Positions 27,805-37,420 are shown, numbered from the stretch's first letter. The stretch is DNA of 40,255 nucleotides from Rhodoluna sp. (GCA_044232765.1 JBIILH010000001.1:1-40255); one strand, 5' to 3'. The notes: generated by a model not told the origin, from the letters alone. Program-made: numbers and translations.

Positions 27805-27888
27805 TGGTGCGGAAGGTGGGACTTGAACCCACACGCCTAAGGCGCTAGAACCTAAATCTAGTGCGTCTGCCAATTTCGCCACTCCCGC
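27805..27888 (-). tRNA. tRNA-Leu(TAG)
   Basis: GCGGGAG acceptor stem, D-loop AAATTGGCAGA, anticodon arm CTAGA-TTTAGGT-TCTAG, long variable arm, GGTTCAAGTCC, encoded CCA; 84 nt. Confidence 0.97.
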
Positions 27889-27973
27889 GAGCCTTCCTAT
27901 TCTATGCGAAAAATGAAAGCTTTGCCTGTGGAGAACCTGAGCAACATATCTTGGGATTTGTAAACATGGGGTC

Positions 27974-29059
27974 ATGCCCAGAGAAACAGTACAACTCATC
28001 GCTGAGAGAGCCAGAACACTGCTATCCACTGGACCAGACTCGATTGATCAGGCTATCTCCAAGGCCGTTGATGAAGCTTTTGAAGGTGGACGAGACCTAC
28101 CAAAGTTAGTTGAATCAGACCTCGTAGGAGAGGTCAGAAGTGCTCTTTCAGGTTATGGACCGCTTGATGAATTGATTGTTAACCCAGATATTGAAGAAAT
28201 CTGGATAAATGCTCCTGACAAAGTTTTTGTCTATGAGAACTCAATCAAGAGGCAGCTGAACCTAAACCTAACGGCACTCGAAATTCGTCAAATGGTGGAG
28301 CGCATGCTCCGAGAATCAGGAAGACGACTGGACAGGTCAGAGCCATTTGTTGATTCAACCTTGCAAAACGGTTCTAGATTGCATGTTGTTATTCCTGATG
28401 TGACAAGGAATCACTGGTCGGTCAACATTAGAAAGTTTCCCAGCCGCGTCTTTACACTTCCAAGTCTGATTCAACACAGGACCATTTCATTGGAATTGGC
28501 AAACTTCCTAGCTGCTGAGTTTCAAGCAGGTCAAAACATTTTGGTATCTGGAGCAACCCAGGCAGGGAAAACAACATTGTTATGCGCACTTCTAGATATT
28601 GGATCAGAGACGGAGCGCTTAGTGAGTGTTGAGGAAACTTTTGAGATTAGAACAAAATATGTCGACTGGGTTGCTATGCAAGCCAGACAAGCAAACCTTG
28701 AAGGTGTTGGTGAGATAACGCTTCGAAGACTTGTCAAAGAAGCTTTGAGAATGAGACCAACAAGATTGGTAATTGGCGAAGTGAGGCAGGCTGAGGCACT
28801 TGATCTTTTGATTGCCTTGAATTCTGGAATAGCAGGTCTTTGCACAATTCATGCAAACTCTGCATTTGAAGCTTTGGAAAAGTTAAAGTTGCTACCTTTG
28901 CTCGCTGGAGAAAATATACCTGCTTCGTTCGTTTCGCAAACAGTAGAGAGAACCATCGGACTTGTTGTCCACTGTCATATGGATAGCCAAGGCAAGAGGG
29001 ATGTGTCTCAGGTGATTAAGTCGGATGGTCAAGGTAATTGGGTTGAGGTTCGACTGTGA
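27974..29059 (+). CDS. tadA: Tad/Flp pilus assembly ATPase (CpaF/TadA)
   Basis: GYGPL, EEIWIN, Walker A GATQAGKTT, VEETFE, ALRMRPTRLVIGEVR, TIHANS. Confidence 0.92.
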   Translation: MPRETVQLIAERARTLLSTGPDSIDQAISKAVDEAFEGGRDLPKLVESDLVGEVRSALSGYGPLDELIVNPDIEEIWINAPDKVFVYENSIKRQLNLNLTALEIRQMVERMLRESGRRLDRSEPFVDSTLQNGSRLHVVIPDVTRNHWSVNIRKFPSRVFTLPSLIQHRTISLELANFLAAEFQAGQNILVSGATQAGKTTLLCALLDIGSETERLVSVEETFEIRTKYVDWVAMQARQANLEGVGEITLRRLVKEALRMRPTRLVIGEVRQAEALDLLIALNSGIAGLCTIHANSAFEALEKLKLLPLLAGENIPASFVSQTVERTIGLVVHCHMDSQGKRDVSQVIKSDGQGNWVEVRL

Positions 29060-29817
29060 ACAAGATAGAAAATCTACTGATACAGGCGGGATATCAAAAC
29101 ATTCAACCAGCGCAGTTTGTCATGCTGTTACTTGGCGGACTCTCTAGTGCAGTTGTCATGCTCACTGTGATTACAAACTCAATGCTGATTTCAATTTCCG
29201 TCTGTGTTTGTCTGGGGGTTCAACTTCTCGAGAGTTTCCAAACCAGAGTTGCAGCAGAAAATCAAAAAGCAAATACCCAGTGGCCTAAGTATTTAGATTC
29301 AATACACTCAGCAACCTGGGCCGGAGCAACACTCGAACAGGCTTTACTAGATTCAATCTCCTCTGCGCCAGCCAAACACTCGTGGGCTCTATTGGAATTT
29401 GAGAAGGATCATAACTCTGGTATCGCATTTAATGAAAGCTTGGATAACCTCAAGGCTCGCCTTGCTAATCCCATTGCAGATAGGTTCATCGAGATTACTC
29501 GCTTAGCAAGTGCTTCAGGAGGAAGGGGTTATCTGAATGCTCTCAGGGCTCAATCGCTCCAACTTCGACTAGAGAACTCAACTTGGTCAGAGATCAATGT
29601 GAAGCAGAACTGGGTTCTAGGAACAGCAAAGTTGGCAGTCCTAGCTCCTTGGTTGATTTTGGTTCTACTAAGCTTCAGGCCCGAAACTGCAATTGCATTT
29701 CAATCGGAGAGCGGAGTAGCGGTTCTGGCATTAGGAACAGTTGCTTCATTGCTTGCGTTTAGGTTGATCAAGACTTTAGGTAAGTTGCCACCGCGTCAAA
29801 GAACGTTAGGTGTCTAA
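29056..29817 (+). CDS. tadB: TadB-like membrane platform protein (T2SSF domain)
   Basis: WPKYLD..G..L, DRFIE..A..GG, APWLIL; directly after tadA. Confidence 0.8.
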   Translation: MNKIENLLIQAGYQNIQPAQFVMLLLGGLSSAVVMLTVITNSMLISISVCVCLGVQLLESFQTRVAAENQKANTQWPKYLDSIHSATWAGATLEQALLDSISSAPAKHSWALLEFEKDHNSGIAFNESLDNLKARLANPIADRFIEITRLASASGGRGYLNALRAQSLQLRLENSTWSEINVKQNWVLGTAKLAVLAPWLILVLLSFRPETAIAFQSESGVAVLALGTVASLLAFRLIKTLGKLPPRQRTLGV

Positions 29818-30414
29818 GTGCAACTTATAGCCCTTGGATTATCTGTCCTTGCGATTATTACTTTGTATTTGAGCTTGGGGAAATCATCAGAGTCAAAACT
29901 AGCCCAGCGTTTGCAGCCTAGAAAGCGAATATTTCAAAAGATCAAAACCAAATCAAAGTTCAATTCGGTGAGTGCACTGATGGAGATTCCTGATTTTGCT
30001 TCCTTACTTTGGTTCGCAGTCAGCGCAGGAGAGTCGCTGGAATCGGCACTCAGATTAGCTGTGAGTCGTTCAACTGGTTATGTTTCTGGAGAATTCGAAA
30101 GAGTTCTACGAAATGTTGAACACGGAGCCGTGATGCAAGTTGAACTGCAAGAACTGGCTTCACAGGCAAAGTCTGAACAGGTTCGTGAACTCGCGACCAA
30201 GTTAGCCGTGGCACTAAACAATGGTTCAGCGCTGGGCGATCTGATTGGTGACTTCGTGCAGTCATCGACATCCGCACTAAGAGCTGAACTCCTCATCATT
30301 GCTGGCAGGAATGAAACCAAGATGATGATTCCGATGGTGTTCATCATCCTGCCGATCACAGTTATGTTCGCGCTATTCCCAAGCCTTGCTCTAATCCAGG
30401 GCAGCTTTTTATAA
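29818..30414 (+). CDS. tadC: TadC-like membrane platform protein
   Basis: AVSAGES..AL, AGRNETKMMIPMVFIILP..FALFP. Confidence 0.82.
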   Translation: MQLIALGLSVLAIITLYLSLGKSSESKLAQRLQPRKRIFQKIKTKSKFNSVSALMEIPDFASLLWFAVSAGESLESALRLAVSRSTGYVSGEFERVLRNVEHGAVMQVELQELASQAKSEQVRELATKLAVALNNGSALGDLIGDFVQSSTSALRAELLIIAGRNETKMMIPMVFIILPITVMFALFPSLALIQGSFL

Positions 30415-30425
30415 GAAGGAGAGAA

Positions 30426-30587
30426 ATGAAAATACCAGAAGCTATTCGAGACGACAGAGGGGACGTACCTGGTTGGGTACTAGTCACGCTAATGACTGCA
30501 GGCTTAGTTGTATTGCTTTGGGCAGTAGCTGGACCTGCACTTCGAAGTGTGTTCAACAATGCAGTGTCCAAGGTTGTTGTTATCTAA
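30426..30587 (+). CDS. Flp-like major pilin, 53 aa (MKIPEAIRDDRG|DVPGWVLVTLMTAGLVVLLWAVAGP...)
   Basis: AAGGAG RBS; charged leader ending in Gly followed by a hydrophobic helix; located after tadC. Absent from the ORF track. Confidence 0.85.
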   Translation: MKIPEAIRDDRGDVPGWVLVTLMTAGLVVLLWAVAGPALRSVFNNAVSKVVVI

Positions 30588-30930
30588 CAAGGGAAGCGAT
30601 ATCGGTTCTGCGGTTTCAGACTTTGTTCTTCTAGTAGTACCTGCATCGCTTCTATGTCTACCTCTTATAGAACTGTTTGGCATTTACCAAGGGGCAATAG
30701 TGAAAGAGCAGGTTAGCTATGAGATTGCAAGATACGCATCCCTTGCCGACATTTCACTCGATCAAGCTCTTGACTACAAACAATTCAAAGATCCGCTCGC
30801 TCAACTCACTAGCAACACAAACCAAACGTCATGTTTATTTCTAGTAAGCACTGAATTGAAGAAGAGCATCACCTTTTGGCCTGAATCAATTGATGTTCCA
30901 ATTCAAGGGCGGGCTACCTGTGAAAAGTAA
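30559..30930 (+). CDS. TadE-like minor pilin (start uncertain)
   Basis: DIG|SAVSDFVLLVVP prepilin-like motif and ARYASL. Confidence 0.7.
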   Translation: MQCPRLLLSNKGSDIGSAVSDFVLLVVPASLLCLPLIELFGIYQGAIVKEQVSYEIARYASLADISLDQALDYKQFKDPLAQLTSNTNQTSCLFLVSTELKKSITFWPESIDVPIQGRATCEK

Positions 30931-31282
30931 GCTCGTCAAACTAGAGCAGGGCAACGCACTAATTGAAGTCGTCGCCTTCGCTGCTATTGGTTTTGGGCTT
31001 GTGCTAACCCTTGGCTTTCAAATGCTGGAACAGGAACGTAAGGTACTTGAGCTAAAGAGTTTAAGTCGAAACGCTATGAGGTCTTTTTTGCTTAGCCCGT
31101 CTACAGATATCTTTGATGAAGTCTTCAGGCTGCAGTCTGATAGCCAACTTTTGGCTCAGGAGAGCTTGTCTGTCTCTACGAGTTGTCTTCAGGCTGAGTG
31201 CTCTAAGTCCAACACTTTGATTTGGTTAGAACTACAAGCAGGAGACTTGTCTGCGAAAGCCTTCGGTGTTGCAAGTGGCTAG
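30920..31282 (+). CDS. TadE/TadF-like minor pilin
   Basis: EQG|NALIEVVAF class III signal with E+5. Confidence 0.72.
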   Translation: MKSKLVKLEQGNALIEVVAFAAIGFGLVLTLGFQMLEQERKVLELKSLSRNAMRSFLLSPSTDIFDEVFRLQSDSQLLAQESLSVSTSCLQAECSKSNTLIWLELQAGDLSAKAFGVASG

Positions 31283-31646
31283 GAATGAATCTGGCTCTGC
31301 ACTCATCTGGTTTGTTTTTCTCGTTGCACTACTTTGCCTGCTGGTAATTACCTTGGCCACGAGTATTCATCAATACCTTTTTGCAAGAGAGTTGATAGAT
31401 TTCACGGAACAGTTTGCATTGGCAGTCAAAACCAAGTTGCAGTATGAGGGCCCACAAGTTTCATCTATTGCAGCTGCTTTGCTTTCAGAAGTTAGTCCTC
31501 AGTACAGCTTTGCTGGTCTTCAACTAAAGCAGGTGAGTCTAGAAGCTGCTGAAACAGTTAAGGTTGTTTTTTGTGCTGATTGGAAATCCCCAGTTGCATC
31601 CATTGATGCCTCAAGAAGAATCTGCGAGATGGCCTCAGCGCGTTAA
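31275..31646 (+). CDS. TadG-like minor pilin
   Basis: NESG|SALIWFVFLV hydrophobic N-terminus; C-terminal Cys pair ending ASAR. Confidence 0.7.
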   Translation: MARNESGSALIWFVFLVALLCLLVITLATSIHQYLFARELIDFTEQFALAVKTKLQYEGPQVSSIAAALLSEVSPQYSFAGLQLKQVSLEAAETVKVVFCADWKSPVASIDASRRICEMASAR

Positions 31647-32833
31647 GGCTTCTTGTCTGGAGTAACTGCGTATCTAGGTATGTATTTATACATCAACCCA
31701 GCACCAACAAAACCTAATATTCCAAATCCTGCCATTGCACCAGTTAGACCAACTGCTAGAACCATTGGGGCAAGTACTAATGGAGCAGCAGCATCACCGA
31801 AGTCAACCAGCAAGCGATACGAGGCTAGGAATTCACTTCTCTTATCTGGTGGAGCAAGATCAGCACCTAAGACCATGATCACTCCGCTACCAATTCCATT
31901 AGCTACTGACATTAGTAGAGCAAGAAGTAGGAATGTGTTGGCATCAACGGCAATTCCAACAATTAGATGGGCAAGCCCTAAGCCAACGAGAGTTGGCACA
32001 GCAGCAAAGCTTCTTCCGAAGCGATCCATGATTTGCCCACTTAGGTAGAACATTGCGAAGTCCAATGCTCCAGCGATACCAATAATCAGGGAGGCTTGCT
32101 CAGTAGGAATAGTCAGAGCAACTGCAATCAGAGGCAAACCAATCATCCTGGTCCCACGTAGAGCACTCAGGATAGATGATGCAACACCAAGTGTTGCAAG
32201 CTTCTTTCCTTCACGTCTTGCAACCAAGAGAGTCTCTTTGAGTGATGAGCTGTTCTTGGCTACGTCCTCGCCGCCCTTAGCAAAAAGCAAGATAACAACT
32301 GCAGCACTACAAAGGACTAAAGGTAAGAAATAAACGGCTTTGACGCTAAAGATTGCAATGATTGCTGCGGCTAGTGTTGGGCCAACAAATGAGCCTGCTC
32401 TAAACATTCCACCCAGAACAGATAGTGCTCTTGCTCTAATTGCAATTGGCACATGCTCGGTCATCCAAGACAGTCTGGCTAGACCAAATACAGCAGATCC
32501 TGCTCCAACTAGAAATACACCTGCTCCGAGCATGAATAGGTTGAAGGCAAAAAGGCTAGGCAAGATTCCAATAGCACCAGTTGCTGCCGCCAGAATCATG
32601 GCTTTTCTTTCACCAAAGAAATCAATCAACTTAGCTGCTGGAAGGTCAGCTACTAGACGACCAATCATTAGGAGTCCAGTAATTAGACCTGCGGTGGCAA
32701 GGTCTTCTGTAAATAGGAATACTGTTGCCGGGATGCTCGGAACTATTCCGAACTCTGCTGTGGAGAAAAGGAAGGATGGCAGATAAACAGGTAGCACCAG
32801 CTCACGTTTAGAGAAGTCTTTGCTGGATGCCAT
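31643..32833 (-). CDS. MFS transporter
   Basis: About 12 TM segments; motif A-like AKLIDFFGERK and GQIMDRFGR. Confidence 0.92.
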   Translation of the reverse strand: MASSKDFSKRELVLPVYLPSFLFSTAEFGIVPSIPATVFLFTEDLATAGLITGLLMIGRLVADLPAAKLIDFFGERKAMILAAATGAIGILPSLFAFNLFMLGAGVFLVGAGSAVFGLARLSWMTEHVPIAIRARALSVLGGMFRAGSFVGPTLAAAIIAIFSVKAVYFLPLVLCSAAVVILLFAKGGEDVAKNSSSLKETLLVARREGKKLATLGVASSILSALRGTRMIGLPLIAVALTIPTEQASLIIGIAGALDFAMFYLSGQIMDRFGRSFAAVPTLVGLGLAHLIVGIAVDANTFLLLALLMSVANGIGSGVIMVLGADLAPPDKRSEFLASYRLLVDFGDAAAPLVLAPMVLAVGLTGAMAGFGILGFVGAGLMYKYIPRYAVTPDKKP

Positions 32834-32899
32834 TAGCCAATTATCGCCTAGGTGAACACTCGAAGGGGTATTGGCTAACTCCCGCCTAAACTAGAGAAC

Positions 32900-34006
32900 A
32901 TGTCCGACCTTGATCTCTCTCAAGAAATCAAGCAAATTCGTGGAACCTTTGCCACTATTGCTGAGGTTACTGACGTACCCAAGCTAGATAAAGAGATTGA
33001 ACAGCTAGAGAAAGATGTTCAAGCCCCTAACCTTTGGGATAACGCTGAGGAAGCCCAGAAACTAACGAGTGCTCTTTCCAGAAAACAGGCTCAGCGAACC
33101 AGGATCCAAGACATCGCTAGCAGATTAGATGACTTGGAAGTGCTTATCCAACTAGCCAACAGTGAATCAGATAAGTCAGCGGCTAATGAAGCAACTCAAG
33201 AACTTGAAGCACTGAAGAAGCTAGTTGCTGAACAAGAGGTTGTGACACTTCTAAATGGTGAATACGACTCAAGAGCAGCCATCATCACAATTCGTTCAGG
33301 AGCTGGTGGTGATGATGCCACTGACTTTGCTGAGATGCTCATGCGAATGTATCTCCGTTACTCGGAGAAGCAGGGTTGGCCTGCTCAAGTATTAGACATC
33401 TCTCATGCTGAAGGTGCTGGTATCAAATCAGCAACATTTGAGATTGATGCTCCTTATGCTTATGGTCAACTATCTGTTGAAGCAGGAACTCATCGCCTAG
33501 TTCGTATGAGTCCTTTCAATGCTGCAGGTAAGAGACAGACCAGCTTCGCAGCTGTTGAAGTAGTTCCATTGATTGAACAGACAGATGTTATTGATATTCC
33601 GGAGAGCGACATCAGAATAGATGTCTTTAGATCCTCTGGACCTGGTGGACAGTCAGTAAACACAACAGACTCTGCCGTTCGTATTACACACATTCCAACC
33701 GGAACTGTCGTTTCTTGTCAGAACGAGAAATCTCAACTTCAGAACAAAGCATCTGCTTTGAGAGTTTTACAATCAAGACTTCTAGAAATCAGAAGAACTG
33801 AAGAAGAAGCCACTAAGAAACAACTTGCTGGAGAGGCAACAGCATCCTGGGGAGACCAGATGCGTTCATATGTATTAGCTCCATATCAAATGGTCAAAGA
33901 CCTTAGAACTAACTTCGAAGTAAATAACCCTGATGCAGTCTTTGATGGTGATATTGCTGGTTTCATTGCATCTGGCATTAGATGGCGTAAAACAGGCACC
34001 ATTTAG
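32900..34006 (+). CDS. prfB: Peptide chain release factor 2 (single ORF, no frameshift)
   Basis: SPF recognition tripeptide and GGQ motif. Confidence 0.98.
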   Translation: MSDLDLSQEIKQIRGTFATIAEVTDVPKLDKEIEQLEKDVQAPNLWDNAEEAQKLTSALSRKQAQRTRIQDIASRLDDLEVLIQLANSESDKSAANEATQELEALKKLVAEQEVVTLLNGEYDSRAAIITIRSGAGGDDATDFAEMLMRMYLRYSEKQGWPAQVLDISHAEGAGIKSATFEIDAPYAYGQLSVEAGTHRLVRMSPFNAAGKRQTSFAAVEVVPLIEQTDVIDIPESDIRIDVFRSSGPGGQSVNTTDSAVRITHIPTGTVVSCQNEKSQLQNKASALRVLQSRLLEIRRTEEEATKKQLAGEATASWGDQMRSYVLAPYQMVKDLRTNFEVNNPDAVFDGDIAGFIASGIRWRKTGTI

Positions 34007-34067
34007 TAAAGACACACAGCCCAATCAGAGCCATCTATTGGGTCCCTCAATTTAGGCTAAAAACCTA

Positions 34068-34757
34068 ATGATTTCAATATCTCAAGTAACCAAGGCTTAT
34101 CGAGGTGCCCCAAGGGCAGCTCTAGATAACGTGTCCCTAGAAATAGACAAGGGAGAGTTTGTCTTTCTAGTTGGAACTTCAGGTTCAGGTAAGTCATCTC
34201 TTATGAGAATGATCTTGAGAGAAGATATGCCAACTAGTGGCAGCATCCACGTACTAGGGGAGAACCTAGTCGGTATCCCTTCTAGAAGAGTTCCTCACTT
34301 CAGAAGAAAACTAGGAGTAGTTTTTCAAGACTTTAGATTGCTACCTAACAAGACAGCAGCTCAGAACGTCGCATTCAGCCTTGAGGTAATTGGTAAATCT
34401 GCCGGCTTCATTGCAGAAGCCGTCCCTGATGTTTTAAGACTTGTTGGCCTAGAAGAAAAAGCAAACAGCTTGCCATCAGAACTTAGTGGTGGTGAACAGC
34501 AAAGAATTGCTCTTGCTAGAGCCATCGTTAATAAGCCTGCAATTCTTCTTGCTGATGAGCCAACAGGAAACCTAGATCCTGCAACAAGTGAAGGCATCAT
34601 GTCACTGCTTGAGCGAATCAACCTAAGTGGAACAACCATTGTTATGGCAACCCACGATGTTGGCATCGTGAACCGCGGCAGAAGAAGAGTTGTTGAACTA
34701 AGCCAAGGCAAGATTGTTAGAGATGAACGCAGTTCAGGTTATGGGCTTGACCGATGA
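34068..34757 (+). CDS. ftsE: Cell division ATP-binding protein FtsE
   Basis: GTSGSGKS, VFQDFRLL, LSGGEQQR, ADEPTGNLD. Confidence 0.95.
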   Translation: MISISQVTKAYRGAPRAALDNVSLEIDKGEFVFLVGTSGSGKSSLMRMILREDMPTSGSIHVLGENLVGIPSRRVPHFRRKLGVVFQDFRLLPNKTAAQNVAFSLEVIGKSAGFIAEAVPDVLRLVGLEEKANSLPSELSGGEQQRIALARAIVNKPAILLADEPTGNLDPATSEGIMSLLERINLSGTTIVMATHDVGIVNRGRRRVVELSQGKIVRDERSSGYGLDR

Positions 34758-35668
34758 GATTTAGCTTTGTCTTTAGTGAAATGGGTATCGCCATTAGGCG
34801 TAACCTGAGCATGATTGTCTCGGTAATCCTAGTTACCTTTATCTCTCTAACCTTTGTTGGAACAGCTGGTCTATTGCAGCAACAAATCGGTTCTATGAAA
34901 ACCTATTGGTACGACAAGGCTCAAGTTGCTATTTACCTTTGCACCAAGACATCTCCTCAAGAGATTTGTCCTCAGGGTGAGGCAAGTCAGGATGTTCAGG
35001 GAACTATTACTGAAAGATTAGATTCAGCAACGCTTGCTCCATACATTGACAAGTACTACTTTGAAAACCACCAGCAAGCCTTTGAAACTTTCCAGAAAGA
35101 ATTCAAAGACAACTCTGTGGCTAAGTATGTAACTCCTGAGCAATTGAATGAGACTTTCTGGGTAAACCTAAAAGACCCTAACCAAGCACCAATCATCATT
35201 GAGAGCTTCAATGGTCTTGCGGGAGTAGAGGAAGTAAAAGATCAAAGAACCTATCTTGATCAGATCTTCAGCATGCTAAACATCGCCAGCCTTGCAGCCA
35301 TCTCTATTGCTGGTTTGATGCTCTTCTCAGCTGTTCTGCTTATATCAACCACTATCAGACTCTCTGCAGTTATGAGAAGACGTGAGATTGGAATCATGAG
35401 ATTAGTTGGAGCTAGCAACTTCTACATCCAACTGCCTTTCATCCTTGAGGGAGTGGTAGCTGGTGTTATCGGAAGCTTGCTCTCAGGAGCAGCCATTGTC
35501 GGTATCGTCCAGTTCTTTGTTCAAGGCTTCCTAGCCTCACAATTACCTTTCACAACCTTCGTAGGCCTAGGCGATGCCTTAGCCCTACTGCCAGGACTAG
35601 TTCTTGTTGGAGCAGGTCTAGCAGCTATAGCTGCTGCCACATCCATTAGAAGATATTTGCGCGTTTAG
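34754..35668 (+). CDS. ftsX: Cell division permease FtsX
   Basis: Four TM segments, large extracellular loop, RRREIGIMRLVGAS. Confidence 0.95.
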   Translation: MRFSFVFSEMGIAIRRNLSMIVSVILVTFISLTFVGTAGLLQQQIGSMKTYWYDKAQVAIYLCTKTSPQEICPQGEASQDVQGTITERLDSATLAPYIDKYYFENHQQAFETFQKEFKDNSVAKYVTPEQLNETFWVNLKDPNQAPIIIESFNGLAGVEEVKDQRTYLDQIFSMLNIASLAAISIAGLMLFSAVLLISTTIRLSAVMRRREIGIMRLVGASNFYIQLPFILEGVVAGVIGSLLSGAAIVGIVQFFVQGFLASQLPFTTFVGLGDALALLPGLVLVGAGLAAIAAATSIRRYLRV

Positions 35669-35727
35669 AGTTAGACTGATTGGCTGTCTTGATATCCAAG
35701 ACAGAAAGATCTATTCAGGAGAACATC

Positions 35728-36201
35728 GTGCCTAGAGAGCGTGGCGAAAAAGTAGTAGCCACTAATCGTAAAGCCCGACACGACTACGCAATTGAGGACG
35801 TGTTCGAGGCTGGCATTGTGCTAACCGGAACAGAAGTAAAGTCCCTACGAGCAGGACGAGCAAGCCTAGTGGATGGCTATGCCAGCGTTGAAAACGGGGA
35901 AGCGTGGCTTGAGAATGTTCACATCCCTGAATACTTTCAAGGCACCTGGAATAACCACAACACCAGAAGAAAGCGCAAGCTTCTTCTGCACCGTTCTGAG
36001 ATCTACAAGCTTTCCGGAAAGATCAAGGAATCAGGTTTCACCCTGATTCCGCTATCTCTCTACTTCAAAGACGGTAAAGCCAAGGTAGAGCTAGCTCTTG
36101 CCAAGGGTAAGCGTGAATATGACAAGCGTCAGACTCTAAAGGAACAGCAAGACACCAGAGAAGCAGCCAGGGCTATGTCCACCAAAGGCAAAGACTGGTA
36201 A
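35728..36201 (+). CDS. smpB: SsrA-binding protein SmpB
   Basis: [29 protein letters not shown]; GTG start at 35728 after AGGAG. Confidence 0.97.
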   Translation: MPRERGEKVVATNRKARHDYAIEDVFEAGIVLTGTEVKSLRAGRASLVDGYASVENGEAWLENVHIPEYFQGTWNNHNTRRKRKLLLHRSEIYKLSGKIKESGFTLIPLSLYFKDGKAKVELALAKGKREYDKRQTLKEQQDTREAARAMSTKGKDW

Positions 36202-36216
36202 TTCTTTGGGAATAGG

Positions 36217-36242
36217 GGAATAAATCTCCTATAAACATTGTT
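36217..36242 (+). promoter_or_regulatory. SigR/SigH-type promoter GGAAT-N18-GTT upstream of tmRNA
   Basis: Exact consensus; shares GGGAATAAAT with the promoter at 9826-9835. Confidence 0.7.
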
Positions 36243-36302
36243 TCTATAAGTAGATGGCTTTAGAGTTGTCTAGCCCTCACAAGGGTATTGGTAACTAAAT
36301 AT

Positions 36303-36676
36303 GGGGATGATCGGTTTCGACAAGGTATCTTGATGCGAAAAGAAGCGGGTCGTGAATGCAGCGTCAACACGTAAATGTCCGTTGCAAAATATAGGTGCTA
36401 AATCTAAAAGCACTGACTTCGCCCTAGCTGCTTAATAGCGCTAGCCCGAAGTCCGTTAGTCCAACATTAGATTTCGTGTTGGGTCCTAGCGTCATCTAGA
36501 AATCTTGCTGAGAAGTTACGCCTTAGGGCTTCTCGGGACTTTTACTCAGGCTGGGCTGGTCGGTTTAGTTGCTTCATGCAAAAACCGCAGCCGAGAAAAT
36601 CATTAGTGAAGCTACACCCGTAGAAGAGTTCGTTTCGATGTCATGGACGGGGGTTCGATTCCCCCCATCTCCACCA
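36303..36676 (+). ncRNA. ssrA: tmRNA; tag reading frame 36397-36435 encodes (A)AKSKSTDFALAA
   Basis: 5' GGGGATGATCGGTTTCGAC, 3' GGTTCGATTCCCCCCATCTCCACCA, tag ending ALAA, downstream of smpB. Confidence 0.97.
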
Positions 36677-36685
36677 CCCCATTTA

Positions 36686-36713
36686 AATAGACCCCTAGAA
36701 ATAGGGGTCTATT
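36686..36713. terminator. Terminator hairpin after ssrA, convergent with the LysE-family gene
   Basis: AATAGACCCCTA-GAAA-TAGGGGTCTATT, 12-bp stem with GNRA loop. Confidence 0.88.
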
Positions 36714-36724
36714 CATTTAATGGG

Positions 36725-37342
36725 CTATTTGAGGATTAGCCCTATAGCAAGAGCAACGATCAGTAGAGCTCCTGCGTATTGAATGCGGTGCTGAACCTTT
36801 GCATTGGTAAATGATTTGGTCAGGTTTGCTGCAACTACTAGGGATAGTTGCCAAACAATCGAACCTAGGAAGACACCTATTGCAAAGTAGGCAATACTTA
36901 GCAATCCAGTTCCCTGGGACATTACAGCTACGCTCGGGGTAATTCCAAAGAAGTAGAAAGCTGTTGCTGGATTTAGAACGGTAAGTCCAAAGAACTTGGC
37001 ATAAGTCTTCAACCTAGATGTCGGTGAGTTAGATAGATCTGGGCTGTTTATCTTTGAGCTTCTTCTGGCATCAACAAAAATCTTGACTCCCACATAAAGC
37101 AAAATCAGCGATCCTAGAACTCGAAGGGGAAAGACCCAGTCAGTCAAGAAGCCGATAACTACGTTTCCAAATGCAAAGACAATGGCTGCATAAGAAAAGT
37201 CAACGCTTGCCATTGCCAGGGCACCGAAGACACCAATCTTTCGTCCGTGCTTGATGGTTGTGCTTATCAGGAGAATCGCCATTGGGCCCAAGGGAATAGC
37301 TAGAGCAATACCTGACAGTACTCCCGATACGAAGATTTCCAT
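36725..37342 (-). CDS. LysE/RhtB family amino-acid exporter
   Basis: GIALAIPLGP, G..A..D, LTVLNP..YF, GVFLGS..W; about 6 TM segments; ATG 37342 preferred as start. Confidence 0.88.
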   Translation of the reverse strand: MEIFVSGVLSGIALAIPLGPMAILLISTTIKHGRKIGVFGALAMASVDFSYAAIVFAFGNVVIGFLTDWVFPLRVLGSLILLYVGVKIFVDARRSSKINSPDLSNSPTSRLKTYAKFFGLTVLNPATAFYFFGITPSVAVMSQGTGLLSIAYFAIGVFLGSIVWQLSLVVAANLTKSFTNAKVQHRIQYAGALLIVALAIGLILK

Positions 37343-37420
37343 ACTTAATCTTTTCACATCCAAAGCAACACATTAGCCCTTAGCCTTGCTATGGGCTTTT
37401 ACTATTTAATCTGAGGCAAG

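Noticed and set aside
25610-27888. Integrative element at tRNA-Leu
   Set aside because: No integrase and no duplicated tRNA 3' end found.
27718-28109. ORFs 27718-28029 (-) and 27861-28109 (+)
   Set aside because: They overlap tRNA-Leu, its terminator and tadA; spurious.
32900-33000. Programmed +1 frameshift in prfB
   Set aside because: The ORF is continuous with no in-frame CTT-TGA site, as is usual in Actinobacteria.
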